This document shows, piece after piece, positions 9,377-18,200 of a stretch of 42,758 bases of DNA (position 1 is its first letter; each line of letters begins with the position of its first letter). The notes under the pieces are model-generated. The model saw only the letters and a program-made list of their open reading frames with translations, was not told the DNA's origin and made no database searches. The DNA is from a virus: positions 1 through 42,758 of the IMG/VR virus record IMGVR_UViG_3300009179_000175. One strand, written 5' to 3'. A program made the translations under genes and the position numbers.

Positions 9377-10601
9377 TCATTGCATTTTTTCTTCCAGTCT
9401 CTTCTTGATGAGTTCCATATTCACTGTCACATTGGAAGGCGTATAAACTTGACAGATATGGGAAATCAAATAGTCTCCTTTATAATACTTATCATAAGGC
9501 TCGTCTTCCTGATCTTGATGACTTGGTAACTCGACCTTGCAGTTTCGACCGAGAAGTTCCCAGACTTTAGCCCCACCAGGTATCTGGATTTGCAACTTGT
9601 TCTGCTCTAACTTCAGAAGATTGCTCTTTCTGGAAACGTGCCAATTGGTGACTTGATCGTCGATAGTTTGATTAGCGTGCAATCCCGGGTGCTTGGGTAA
9701 GAAGGAGATGTTGGCGTTCTCTGCTTGATCGAAGATTTCCCATGGCTTCTTCTCCTTATCTTCCGCTATATCATCACCGAAGGAGAAGGTTTTAGATTCC
9801 CATTTCTTGTTGATGACGTCGTAGGAAAGCAGTTTGGTCTTATAATAGCCTGCGCCCAGGTTACCGATACCATCGTAGTCATCGGTATGATACTTGGTTA
9901 GCATGATACCGTAATCGTCTTCGAAGTTACCCCCATCGTTTCTAAAGTTGCTGGGTTTCTGCTTGAAGGTGATGCCGCTCTTCTCGTTCTTGAAGAGTTC
10001 CTCAATCGACCTAAACCAGTATTTATCGAAGTCGACCATGAAGAAGACATAGTCGCTTCTGTTCTCTTTCAGAGCCAGCTTGGCGAACCACCAACCCGCC
10101 ACATAAGGTGTCCAATTAGGTACGATGGTATGATAGGTTACATCGCTGGGGTCGCTCTTCGTTAGAGAGCCACCGAGGAACTCGGAGCAGACATTAGAGA
10201 CGCAATCTTCCGGTTTCTTGTTGGCATAGGTTTTAGAAATCCTATTCGTCTGATTAGTCAAGAAGCCCTGCGAGGCGCAATACAATCTATATTGGTAGTG
10301 CATCTGCCCTTTGAACGCTTTATCTCCCAGCTTGTAGATGATAAAGTCGTAGGACTTGCTACCGTCCATGACGCTTTCCGTCTCGGTTTCCACTTCTATC
10401 GTGATTTTAGACCCGGGTTTGATCGGAATGTTCATCAGGATGTTAGCCGAGTCTTCTATGGTAACGATAGCGGTCCAGCAAGGTAGAAAGATATCTTGAT
10501 AGATGTTTACCTGCTGAGCGAATCCCGTCACATCCTTACCGGTCTATGGTGACCGTAAGTTTCTTGACGTCTGTAAAATTACCTGATTTTTCAACCTTCA
10601 T
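9377..10601 (-). CDS. Baseplate hub (gp27-like); true start probably 10601 with a +1 shift at CGG 10541-10539
   Basis: ATG overlaps the gp53 stop and reads MKVEKSGNFTDVKKLTVTID-CGG-TAA; the +1 frame gives GKDVTGFAQQVNIYQDIF. C-terminal YYKGDYLISHICQ motif. Confidence 0.7.
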
Positions 10602-11215
10602 GTAGAGTGTCCTTTAGACAGCATCTTGCTAAAGTCTTCTTCGAAATCCAGTATGAAGTTTTTAGACACGATACTGATCTCTCTTCTCTCTATGTCTAAA
10701 TCGCTTTCATGATTTAGATTGGTGACGGGTATGATGTTCTTTCCGATGGTCTTGGGATCGTTGGCGTACTTCTCTCGATAGTATTCATCTTCGACATCAT
10801 CGCATACTCTGCCGGTGTTGATGTTGATGAAATGATGGATACCGCCCACGCCCGAAGAAAAGGGAACGGTTGCCGTAGTACCGTCCACCTTCTTGAACTG
10901 CCTACCGACTTGGTATTTCTTAGCCACGAACTTCTCCAGAAGATAGGAGTCTTTGGCCCATTCCGAAAAGGGATCGATGATGTCGTTGACAACCAGAAAA
11001 GTCCAATAGTGCGCTGGATTACCATAGATTTTATCGGCTAAACTCTCTATCGAATCGTCGTCTCTTACGCTGTACTTCTGGAAAAGGAACGATTTATAGG
11101 CAGACACTTTCCTTAGGAAGAAGGCAGTCAGTATGTTGGTAACCTGCTTCTTCTGACTGGGGTCGCTTATGAACGAATAACTAATCTTATCAAACTTCTT
11201 GAAGAAAAATGCCAT
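10598..11215 (-). CDS. gp53: Baseplate wedge subunit gp53 (LysM-like)
   Basis: Starts MAFFFKKF after GGAGG; YSVRDDDSIESLADKIYGNPAHYWTFLVVNDIIDP..EW motif. Confidence 0.85.
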   Translation of the reverse strand: MAFFFKKFDKISYSFISDPSQKKQVTNILTAFFLRKVSAYKSFLFQKYSVRDDDSIESLADKIYGNPAHYWTFLVVNDIIDPFSEWAKDSYLLEKFVAKKYQVGRQFKKVDGTTATVPFSSGVGGIHHFININTGRVCDDVEDEYYREKYANDPKTIGKNIIPVTNLNHESDLDIERREISIVSKNFILDFEEDFSKMLSKGHST

Positions 11216-11223
11216 GTATCCTC

Positions 11224-11952
11224 CTAATAATTCTCGCCTTCGACATCTTCTCTGACGACGATTTGAATCTCGGACAGCCTGATGTTCATCACCGTCTCGG
11301 TCGGGAATCCGTTTCTCATCATCGTCCACATACCGGCACCGGTATAGTCGATGTCGAGGCTGGTAATCACGGATCGTTTGAATCTATGGATGTAATAATT
11401 CTCACCATCCAGGAATTGATATTGTACTTCTACTTCTCCAGGATAGTTTAGATAGATAGATGTCGCTCCACCAGCGGGTCCGGAAGGAAGAGCCCACTTT
11501 CTGAAGATAGTCAGGATCTCTTTGATGTTTTCGCAATCACCTTCTGAATAGGGGACGAATCTAAAAGTGTATTGGAAGTTTCTGAAGTCGACACCTCTAA
11601 AGACTTGGGACAAGTAGGGGTTGAGTAGCATGCCAGCTTTCAATTCCGCCAAGTCTGCAGTCGGTCCTCCTGCCACTCTCTGAAGTTCACCTATCTTTTG
11701 ACTGACAAATTTGCCGACAGAGCCAAGAGTACTCGCGACACCACCTAACGCCCCAATGATAGCTTGTCCACCACGGAACGATGAGTCCCATGTCACGGTA
11801 TTCGGTTGACCGAATTGCTCGGGCATATAGAGGTGTATCTGATCTCGCATCTCACTTGCCTTGGTCGAGAATCTCTCATAGAAGGTGAAGTGTATGTTGG
11901 CAGGAAACGCTTCTTTGTTGGTTAGAAGTTCGGGATAGTAGAGTTCAGCCAA
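11224..11952 (-). CDS. gp48: Baseplate tail-tube cap gp48
   Basis: LNPY...FRGVDFRNFQYTFRF.P...E...I..I...F motif; TTG start after GGAG. Confidence 0.8.
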   Translation of the reverse strand: MAELYYPELLTNKEAFPANIHFTFYERFSTKASEMRDQIHLYMPEQFGQPNTVTWDSSFRGGQAIIGALGGVASTLGSVGKFVSQKIGELQRVAGGPTADLAELKAGMLLNPYLSQVFRGVDFRNFQYTFRFVPYSEGDCENIKEILTIFRKWALPSGPAGGATSIYLNYPGEVEVQYQFLDGENYYIHRFKRSVITSLDIDYTGAGMWTMMRNGFPTETVMNIRLSEIQIVVREDVEGENY

Positions 11953-11976
11953 GGTTATTTCTCCAATCGGTAATTT

Positions 11977-12000
11977 TCTTATTATTTATAAATAATAAGA
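11977..12000. promoter_or_regulatory. Perfect 24-bp palindrome containing back-to-back late promoters
   Basis: TCTTATTATTTATAAATAATAAGA; TATAAATA at 11987-11994 (+) and 11983-11990 (-), between divergent gp48 and gp4. Confidence 0.85.
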
Positions 12001-12020
12001 GATAATTTGTCGGAGGTAAG

Positions 12021-12470
12021 ATGAGTCGATTTCCCGAGCCCGTTAGATACAAACCCGTGAATCCAGCGAAGTATGTCGGTAACATCAATGAGATTACCAT
12101 GCGTTCTTCTTGGGAAAGCAAGTTAGCATTTTGGCTGGATACGACTCCGACCGTTTTGAAATGGGGGTCGGAGATCAAAGCCATACCTTATTACTCGACC
12201 GTAGATAGAAGAGTAAGAAGATACTTCCCCGACTTTTGGGCGCTGGTCAGACAAGCGGATGGATCCGAAAAGCGTTTCATCGTAGAGATCAAACCCAACC
12301 ACCAAGTCAATCCTCCTAAACCAGGAAGGGATCCGAAGAAGTATAGAGAGTCGATGATCACCTGGCAAAGGAATCAAGATAAGTGGGCATCGGCAAGACA
12401 GTTCGCTCAAAAGAACGGGTTCGAATTCCTCGTTATGGACGAATACACTTTAGGCATAGCAAAGAGGTAG
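12021..12470 (+). CDS. gp4: Head completion nuclease gp4 (TnsA-like)
   Basis: P.NPAKY.G....I..RSSWE, WGSE...IPY, RYFPDF, IVEIKP, NQDKW..A. Confidence 0.9.
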   Translation: MSRFPEPVRYKPVNPAKYVGNINEITMRSSWESKLAFWLDTTPTVLKWGSEIKAIPYYSTVDRRVRRYFPDFWALVRQADGSEKRFIVEIKPNHQVNPPKPGRDPKKYRESMITWQRNQDKWASARQFAQKNGFEFLVMDEYTLGIAKR

Positions 12471-12476
12471 CGCAGA

Positions 12477-12977
12477 ATGGCAGTCATAAAAAGAGATCGT
12501 CACAAGAAGAAAGGTCTCGAATGGTTTTTCAACGAGCTTAGAAAAGCGGCTAAAGATGTCAACTATAACGCTTATAATCCTGCCACGGATCCATTCATCG
12601 GTGGCATGTTCGCCTACCTTTACGATCCTAAGTGGAAGGATAAGCTGCCGTACTGGGATCGACTCCCGCTGGTCGTACCGTTTAACATCTATGGAGACGG
12701 GTTTATCGGAATCAATCTGCATTATGCGAGTGGAGATGATAGAGCTAGGTTGTTACAATATCTTCTTCGATTACGATCTAAGAAATCAACTAGAGATTAT
12801 GTCAGAGTATCTTACCAATCTCTTCAGGTTGCCACGAAGTCGGATGTCTTACAGCCATGCATTCACAGGTATCTAACTACTCATATCAGAACTCGATTAG
12901 TTAAGATCAGCATGGATGAATGGGAGAATGTCGCTTCATTGCCTCTGGCTCAATGGAAAAAAGGCACCAAATCATAG
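12477..12977 (+). CDS. gp2: DNA end protector gp2
   Basis: YDPKWKDKLPYWDRLPLV, GINLHY, CIHRYL. Confidence 0.9.
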   Translation: MAVIKRDRHKKKGLEWFFNELRKAAKDVNYNAYNPATDPFIGGMFAYLYDPKWKDKLPYWDRLPLVVPFNIYGDGFIGINLHYASGDDRARLLQYLLRLRSKKSTRDYVRVSYQSLQVATKSDVLQPCIHRYLTTHIRTRLVKISMDEWENVASLPLAQWKKGTKS

Positions 12978-12987
12978 GAGAAGTATA

Positions 12988-13603
12988 ATGGCAGAAATAA
13001 GTGCCACCGTAACAGATTTTTTAGGTAAATTCCCAGTCGGGTTTGCTCGTCCCAATAGATATATGGTGGAGATGAAGCTGCCGTCAGGAATAGGAAAACA
13101 GGGCTCGTACCTTAACACCGAGTCTTCTGCCGGTAACATCGAAGGACACAACATGTCGATGAACCGGACAAGGGCAGGTTCAAGTCGCCTGTCATACCTG
13201 CACGATGCCGGCGAGAACACTGATGACTTACCCTCACTCGCAGCATTGCGCTCCATTCAGAGTACCTTATAGCCAGCAATATGAGCCGGTCACCTTCTCC
13301 TTTTACTCAAGTGTCCATTTAAAACAGCGTCATTATTTCGACATTTGGCAGACTTCCGTCATCAACATCAACGATAACTCACTCAACTTCTTCGTCGAGT
13401 ACACGCAAGATATCGACATTTGGCAGTTAGATAGGAATAACAACAAGACTTATGGTGTCAAGCTCTATGCAGCATGGCCCGTCGTTATCGCAGAAGTACC
13501 TTACGGTTATGCTCAAAATAATCAAGTAGTCAACATCAATGTCACGATGGAATACAAGCTGTGGAAGAATACATATGACACAACCGAAATCTACATCTAC
13601 TGA
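12988..13603 (+). CDS. Tail tube/baseplate tube initiator (gp54/gp19-like); +1 shift at CGG 13165-13167
   Basis: GFARPNRY in frame 0; CHTCTMP...PYSQQYEPVTFSF...WQ...QLD...AWP in the +1 frame, which opens only after a TGA at 13160. Confidence 0.75.
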
Positions 13604-14010
13604 TAACCCGTGGACCTATGAAGGACGAGTGGTAGAAATCGATACTCTGGTCGGATTTTATGGGTTCGTCTATCTGATCACCGATAGGCAAACCGGTAAG
13701 AAGTACATCGGCAGAAAGTATGTCTGGAGTTACAGGAAAGAGAAAGGCGCTTCCAGAAGAAAGAAGCAAGAGAGCGACTGGCAGGACTATTATTCGAGCA
13801 ACGAGGAGTTGAAGCAGATAGGGAAGGAATCTCCGGAGAGATTGCAAAGAGAGATACTGCATCTCTGCAGAAGTAAGGGAGAGTGCAACTTCTTAGAAGT
13901 AGCCGAGCAGATCAAGAGAGATGTTCTCTATTCCGATGACTATATGAACGACAACATCAATCGGAAAGTATTTCAAGAAGAATGTCAGATGTTACAGGAG
14001 ACCTCTATGA
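13575..14010 (+). CDS. Small GIY-YIG family nuclease; +1 shift at CGG 13962-13964
   Basis: GFVYLITD..TGKKYIGRK and WQDYYSS motifs. The +1 frame gives NDNINGKYFKK and ends at a TGA overlapping the next ATG (ATGA 14007-14010). Confidence 0.7.
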
Positions 14011-14312
14011 ATAGTTACATCATCATTCAACCGAAGACGGTCACTATCATCGAGGGATGGTCGAGTCCTCAATTCAATGATCGCAATATATGGCAAAGAA
14101 CAGTTTGCTGGTTTTTGAGTCTCCTCTGTTATAGCGGGCACACCTATCCACGAGACGGCTTCGTGGTACAGCAGATGTTCAGAAATCTCATCATCAGCAA
14201 TATGAAAAGAGCATTCATTCAAGTCAAAAGGAATCCAGAAGATGAAACAGATAGTTATCGCATTTTTTATGTTTCTCGCTTCTACGATAGTTTCGGCGCA
14301 ATGCATAAATGA
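14007..14312 (+). CDS. Hypothetical protein
   Basis: ATG preceded by AGGAG; overlaps the next gene by about 70 nt. Confidence 0.45.
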   Translation: MNSYIIIQPKTVTIIEGWSSPQFNDRNIWQRTVCWFLSLLCYSGHTYPRDGFVVQQMFRNLIISNMKRAFIQVKRNPEDETDSYRIFYVSRFYDSFGAMHK

Positions 14313-14679
14313 AATCAAAGTCGTGGGTGTGATCGATGGCGACACTCTACGAGCGGAGATGGCGGGAATGCCGAGTCCTCTTAATCGTGTTTCCATCCGA
14401 ATATCGGGGATCGATACTCCCGAGATGAAGGGGCAATGCGACTCCGAAAAAGAAAAGGCGCGAGCAGCGAAGAACTTCTTATCAAAGAAGCTCTCCTCTA
14501 CTCGCGCCGTAACCTTCGGTGCTTTGGATTGGGACAAGTATGGTGGGCGCATCCTCGCCGAAGTTTACTTCGACGGACAAGATGTGGGTCAGATGATGAT
14601 CGACTCGGGGTATGCTACTCCTTTCCGCGGAGGAAAGAAGAACAGCCGCTGGTGTATCCCCTCAATAACTCTGCCTTAA
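14242..14679 (+). CDS. Thermonuclease (SNase-like) with signal peptide
   Basis: VIDGDTL, IRISGIDTPE, DKYGGRILAEV; hydrophobic N-terminus. Confidence 0.9.
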   Translation: MKQIVIAFFMFLASTIVSAQCINEIKVVGVIDGDTLRAEMAGMPSPLNRVSIRISGIDTPEMKGQCDSEKEKARAAKNFLSKKLSSTRAVTFGALDWDKYGGRILAEVYFDGQDVGQMMIDSGYATPFRGGKKNSRWCIPSITLP

Positions 14680-15291
14680 AACATCGATTACTCGAATGAT
14701 AAAGTCTAAACGAGAATCATCATCGGCCAGAATAGACGAGTACCCGTTCGACGCCAGTTCCGATACCAGTATGACCGGGCATTTCAGCCTTTCATAATAG
14801 CGGTTATAGACGCCCGCCTTGAGATTAGCCAGAAGATCGGTACTGATCGTCTTTTCCTTCGCGTTTGGGAAAACCTGGATGAAATGCGAGAAACTCGGGC
14901 ACAATGCTATAGCCTGGTGAACGATAGCGTCGGCTTCGGTTTGCTGCTCATCGGATACAGTCTTAAATTGCGACAAGTGCAATAGCATAAGCGCAATCGC
15001 ATCGACGGGAGTATAGTTCAGAACCATGCCGCTCTGGTGCAGCCCCAGAGCGAATTCGATCTCATCGACAGCATCTTTAAAAAGATTGAGCAGACATTTG
15101 ATATCCCATTTAGCCACGTGATTCCTTTCGAACACCCTATCGAAGAGGTTCGAGTCCATAGGCAGCGAGTAATGTCTGGCAAGACTTTCAATGAGCCCCA
15201 CCGAAGCTCCCGAAACACCCAGCACCAATTTTCGATTTTTATCGGCACGCTTTTGGTGATAGAGCTCGACATCGAAATCGGTTTTGATCAT
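14662..15291 (-). CDS. Degenerate P-loop NMP-kinase-like protein
   Basis: LGVSGASVGLIESLARHY in place of Walker A; NYTPVDAIAL resembles DRTPLD. Confidence 0.45.
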   Translation of the reverse strand: MIKTDFDVELYHQKRADKNRKLVLGVSGASVGLIESLARHYSLPMDSNLFDRVFERNHVAKWDIKCLLNLFKDAVDEIEFALGLHQSGMVLNYTPVDAIALMLLHLSQFKTVSDEQQTEADAIVHQAIALCPSFSHFIQVFPNAKEKTISTDLLANLKAGVYNRYYERLKCPVILVSELASNGYSSILADDDSRLDFIIRVIDVLRQSY

Positions 15292-16127
15292 AGATTCCTC
15301 TCTAAAGCGAATTGGCTGGTTAAGCTGATAACGGGCACATCAATCTGATGCCAGCGGTGAACCGCATTCGGATCGTTATCGATGACCAGCTTAACCTTGA
15401 AGTGATTCGCGATCTTGGTCCAGAAGACATCGATCTTATTGGGACCGACCATCACATGATGGACATCGAACGGATACTCGACGCCAAAGCGTAGTTCCTT
15501 CGAGAGAACGACGATCTTGTTCTTCTTCGATAGTGATTGAATGATCTCGATAAAAATCGGATCGGTTACATTCTCATCCACCACGATAGCCGTAGGCTGG
15601 TCTTCCATCGGAACATAAGTTCGAGTGAACTGGTGGTTGTATTTCTTCCACAGCGTGTAGAGCGATTTAAGGCTGGTGCCCGATGACCACCCGTAGAAGA
15701 AGATGCTCACCATATCGGATTGTACCGGAACGACGACCACTTCGTAGCCTTGATCTTCTAAAATCTCCGTATAGGCTTGTCTGACGTCGACATCTAAAGC
15801 GAACGACCCGTCGACAATCACACCTTGGACATGCTCGTTTTTGATTACGGATTCGGTCTTTTCCAGAAGGCTAATGATGATCTTATTCTTGATCGGTTCC
15901 AGCCATTCCCTCTTGCAAAGAGGGTGATACCCTTTGCCCTCGACATACTCGCATATCAAGTCTTGCTCGGATATGCGATCGATACGCCCGTGAGTTTCGT
16001 ACTCCAGATTGACTTGGATGTGCTGAGCCACGGCGCGAGTGTCCTTGGGTATCACTCCAACGACCAGATACGCCTTCTTCTTAACCACTTCGACTTCGGG
16101 TGCATCTTTTTCGATTTCGTCACTCAT
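15288..16127 (-). CDS. PseT-like polynucleotide kinase/phosphatase homolog with degenerate active sites
   Basis: C-terminal KIDVFWTKIANHFKVKLVIDNDPNAVHRW resembles the T4 PseT C-terminus; Walker A and DxDGT motifs are absent. Confidence 0.65.
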   Translation of the reverse strand: MSDEIEKDAPEVEVVKKKAYLVVGVIPKDTRAVAQHIQVNLEYETHGRIDRISEQDLICEYVEGKGYHPLCKREWLEPIKNKIIISLLEKTESVIKNEHVQGVIVDGSFALDVDVRQAYTEILEDQGYEVVVVPVQSDMVSIFFYGWSSGTSLKSLYTLWKKYNHQFTRTYVPMEDQPTAIVVDENVTDPIFIEIIQSLSKKNKIVVLSKELRFGVEYPFDVHHVMVGPNKIDVFWTKIANHFKVKLVIDNDPNAVHRWHQIDVPVISLTSQFALERNL

Positions 16128-16324
16128 TGTATTTCGCCTGCTTTGCGGGTGTATTCATCGATAGCTTCCTGTCGGAGATCTGACATGTCGTCTAAATCGG
16201 CATAGATTCTCTTTTGGGAAACGGTAATGGGCTTCGAGGAATCTTTAGATTCCAGAGTGACGGTAACGACGTAGCCTTCGCTCGAGTTCGTCACGCGAAC
16301 ACTCATTTCAAACGGTATCATCAC
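16124..16324 (-). CDS. Hypothetical protein
   Basis: 66 aa, overlapping both neighbours. Confidence 0.6.
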   Translation of the reverse strand: MMIPFEMSVRVTNSSEGYVVTVTLESKDSSKPITVSQKRIYADLDDMSDLRQEAIDEYTRKAGEIQ

Positions 16325-17288
16325 CGAACCTCTCCTTCAATCGGATACGCGCACCCTTTACCAAGCCTTCGCTGAAGTAAACGGCTGTGGCACCGAGTTT
16401 CATCATCTCTTTCACATCTTCTTCGAAGAAAGAAACGAACCATTCGGCAAGATGCTCGACCGTAGTCTCGGTATCGATGATGTGCGTTTTGACACTGGGC
16501 TTATCGATTACCAAATAGAATGCGCCCCTGGGTGTTTCATATCCTATCGCCAATCCAGCGTCATCGTCCTTTATGATGTTGTCGCTCCAGATAAACATGC
16601 GACCATCCAGATAGTCCTCTATCTTCAATGCGAATTCCTGGGGCGGATATACCACCTGCCCGTAATCATCCACGAAGAGTAGCCAGCTCTTATGTCCGTG
16701 AGCGATGTTTTGACATCCCCAAGAGGTGCTGTTCTTTAATCCATGAACGTAAGTGAATGAAGTTTCGTATCCAGGAAAATTATCGAAGGGAAGTGCCGGA
16801 CGATCCGTCAGCAAAACCTTAACCTTGATATCCGAATCAGGATACTCGATGTTCAGTTTCTCTTCGAGATAATCTCGAATACTATCTGATACATAAGAGG
16901 TTTTGCAGACTTTAATCGCATTCTTAGGGCAAGCCAGAGTGAACTTCGGAGTGGATACCACCATTCGACCATCACCGAACGGGAATAGTGCAATGCGCTC
17001 GTAGTCCGCTTCCCCCGGCACCGACCATAGTTCGAAGTCGTCGATACCGCCATGCTTCTCCGGTACCCAGATTTTGTGATCGAAGCCCTCTTCCTTATCG
17101 TCAATCAGGTGCTTGATCGACTTCTTAATCGTACCGAAGTCCACCACGACATTTTCGACGGGTTCGATGTTTCCCGTGACTTCGACGTTGAGATTTAGAG
17201 AGCCACCTTTGATGATGAGTTGGGTTGGATGAACGTAAGCGTAATCTATTTGAGTTAGATTACCGATAAAAAGAGTCGATGTTTGCAT
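16308..17288 (-). CDS. QueD/6-pyruvoyl-tetrahydropterin synthase-like protein (tandem T-fold)
   Basis: VVDFGTIKK.IK..ID...FDHK, HGL....GCQNIAHGH, TTVEHLAEW. Confidence 0.75.
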   Translation of the reverse strand: MQTSTLFIGNLTQIDYAYVHPTQLIIKGGSLNLNVEVTGNIEPVENVVVDFGTIKKSIKHLIDDKEEGFDHKIWVPEKHGGIDDFELWSVPGEADYERIALFPFGDGRMVVSTPKFTLACPKNAIKVCKTSYVSDSIRDYLEEKLNIEYPDSDIKVKVLLTDRPALPFDNFPGYETSFTYVHGLKNSTSWGCQNIAHGHKSWLLFVDDYGQVVYPPQEFALKIEDYLDGRMFIWSDNIIKDDDAGLAIGYETPRGAFYLVIDKPSVKTHIIDTETTVEHLAEWFVSFFEEDVKEMMKLGATAVYFSEGLVKGARIRLKERFGDDTV

Positions 17289-17302
17289 CTGCTAATCTCC
17301 GA

Positions 17303-17755
17303 TTAGGTATAGTATGGAATAGGGTAGGTGATTTCGATCCACTTTTCATCGACTGGTTTGCCGCAGTACCTGTACCACCCCGGCTTCTCCCTCACCCTGT
17401 CGCGTAGGCGTGTCACGATGATGTCGTAGTCCTCGGGTTGCGGCTCCCAATCGTTATCCATACTGGACAGTATAGCACATTTCATGTCGAATGTCAAGGA
17501 GGGGTCGGCATTAAACCCGCGACGCCCCATCTCCTCGGTCAAGGCGTCGTATCGCTTGGATAGGTAGAGCATCTTGTCGAGCCAGAAGAGCATGTGGCCC
17601 TTGCCGAGCGTAAAGCGACGCGGAATGTCCAGAGTCGTATGCTTGCCGGAGTCGATACGCTTTTGCAGCAGCGGAGGAATCATTCGAAGCTCGCGCTTCT
17701 CAGCTATCAGATGCTGGTCGGTGAGAAACCAGGGAAAAATCAGGTTACATCTCAT
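17303..17755 (-). CDS. denV: Pyrimidine-dimer DNA glycosylase (endonuclease V)
   Basis: LTDQHLIAEKREL, FTLGKGHMLFW.DK..YL..RY, KPGWYRY. Confidence 0.9.
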   Translation of the reverse strand: MRCNLIFPWFLTDQHLIAEKRELRMIPPLLQKRIDSGKHTTLDIPRRFTLGKGHMLFWLDKMLYLSKRYDALTEEMGRRGFNADPSLTFDMKCAILSSMDNDWEPQPEDYDIIVTRLRDRVREKPGWYRYCGKPVDEKWIEITYPIPYYT

Positions 17756-18189
17756 GATTTATTCTCTGAAAAAGGGAAAGAAAGGGCAAAGGCTTGAATG
17801 ACTTTGATTGTCAGAAGCAGCGTTATGGCATCTTTCATATCGAAAAAAGCAACCAGAAGAGCTAACGAATCTAAGATTAACCAGAAACTGGGTTTTGCGA
17901 CTCGTTTCTCCACCATTTCTTCGAAATCCCCATAAGGCTTTTCTAACGGCATTCCCTGGTAATCTTCATGGTTGGCAAATCGAATCGGACGCCATTTCCA
18001 ACCGCTACCAGTCGAAAAGACAAAATTCAGAAAGGTATAGACTCTCTGCACCCTATAGACCACATCGGCGGTTTCGAGCCAGCGGTGTTCTTTATCATCA
18101 TTAAAGGCACACGGAAACCAGAGAAACTTGCGAACGATCTTCTTTTCGCCTTCGCGGTCTTTCAATTCATACTGGGTTTTGAACCTCAT
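17752..18189 (-). CDS. Hypothetical membrane protein
   Basis: RKFLWFP...RWLE motif; hydrophobic C-terminus. Confidence 0.6.
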   Translation of the reverse strand: MRFKTQYELKDREGEKKIVRKFLWFPCAFNDDKEHRWLETADVVYRVQRVYTFLNFVFSTGSGWKWRPIRFANHEDYQGMPLEKPYGDFEEMVEKRVAKPSFWLILDSLALLVAFFDMKDAITLLLTIKVIQAFALSFPFSENKS

Positions 18190-18200
18190 ACATCATTCTC

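Noticed and set aside
11216-11329. N-terminal extension of the gp53 ORF, and similar extensions at 19520, 21808, 26664, 29110, 35809, 37147 and 38149
   Set aside because: They overlap upstream genes or promoters; internal ATGs with a better RBS or gene coupling fit better.
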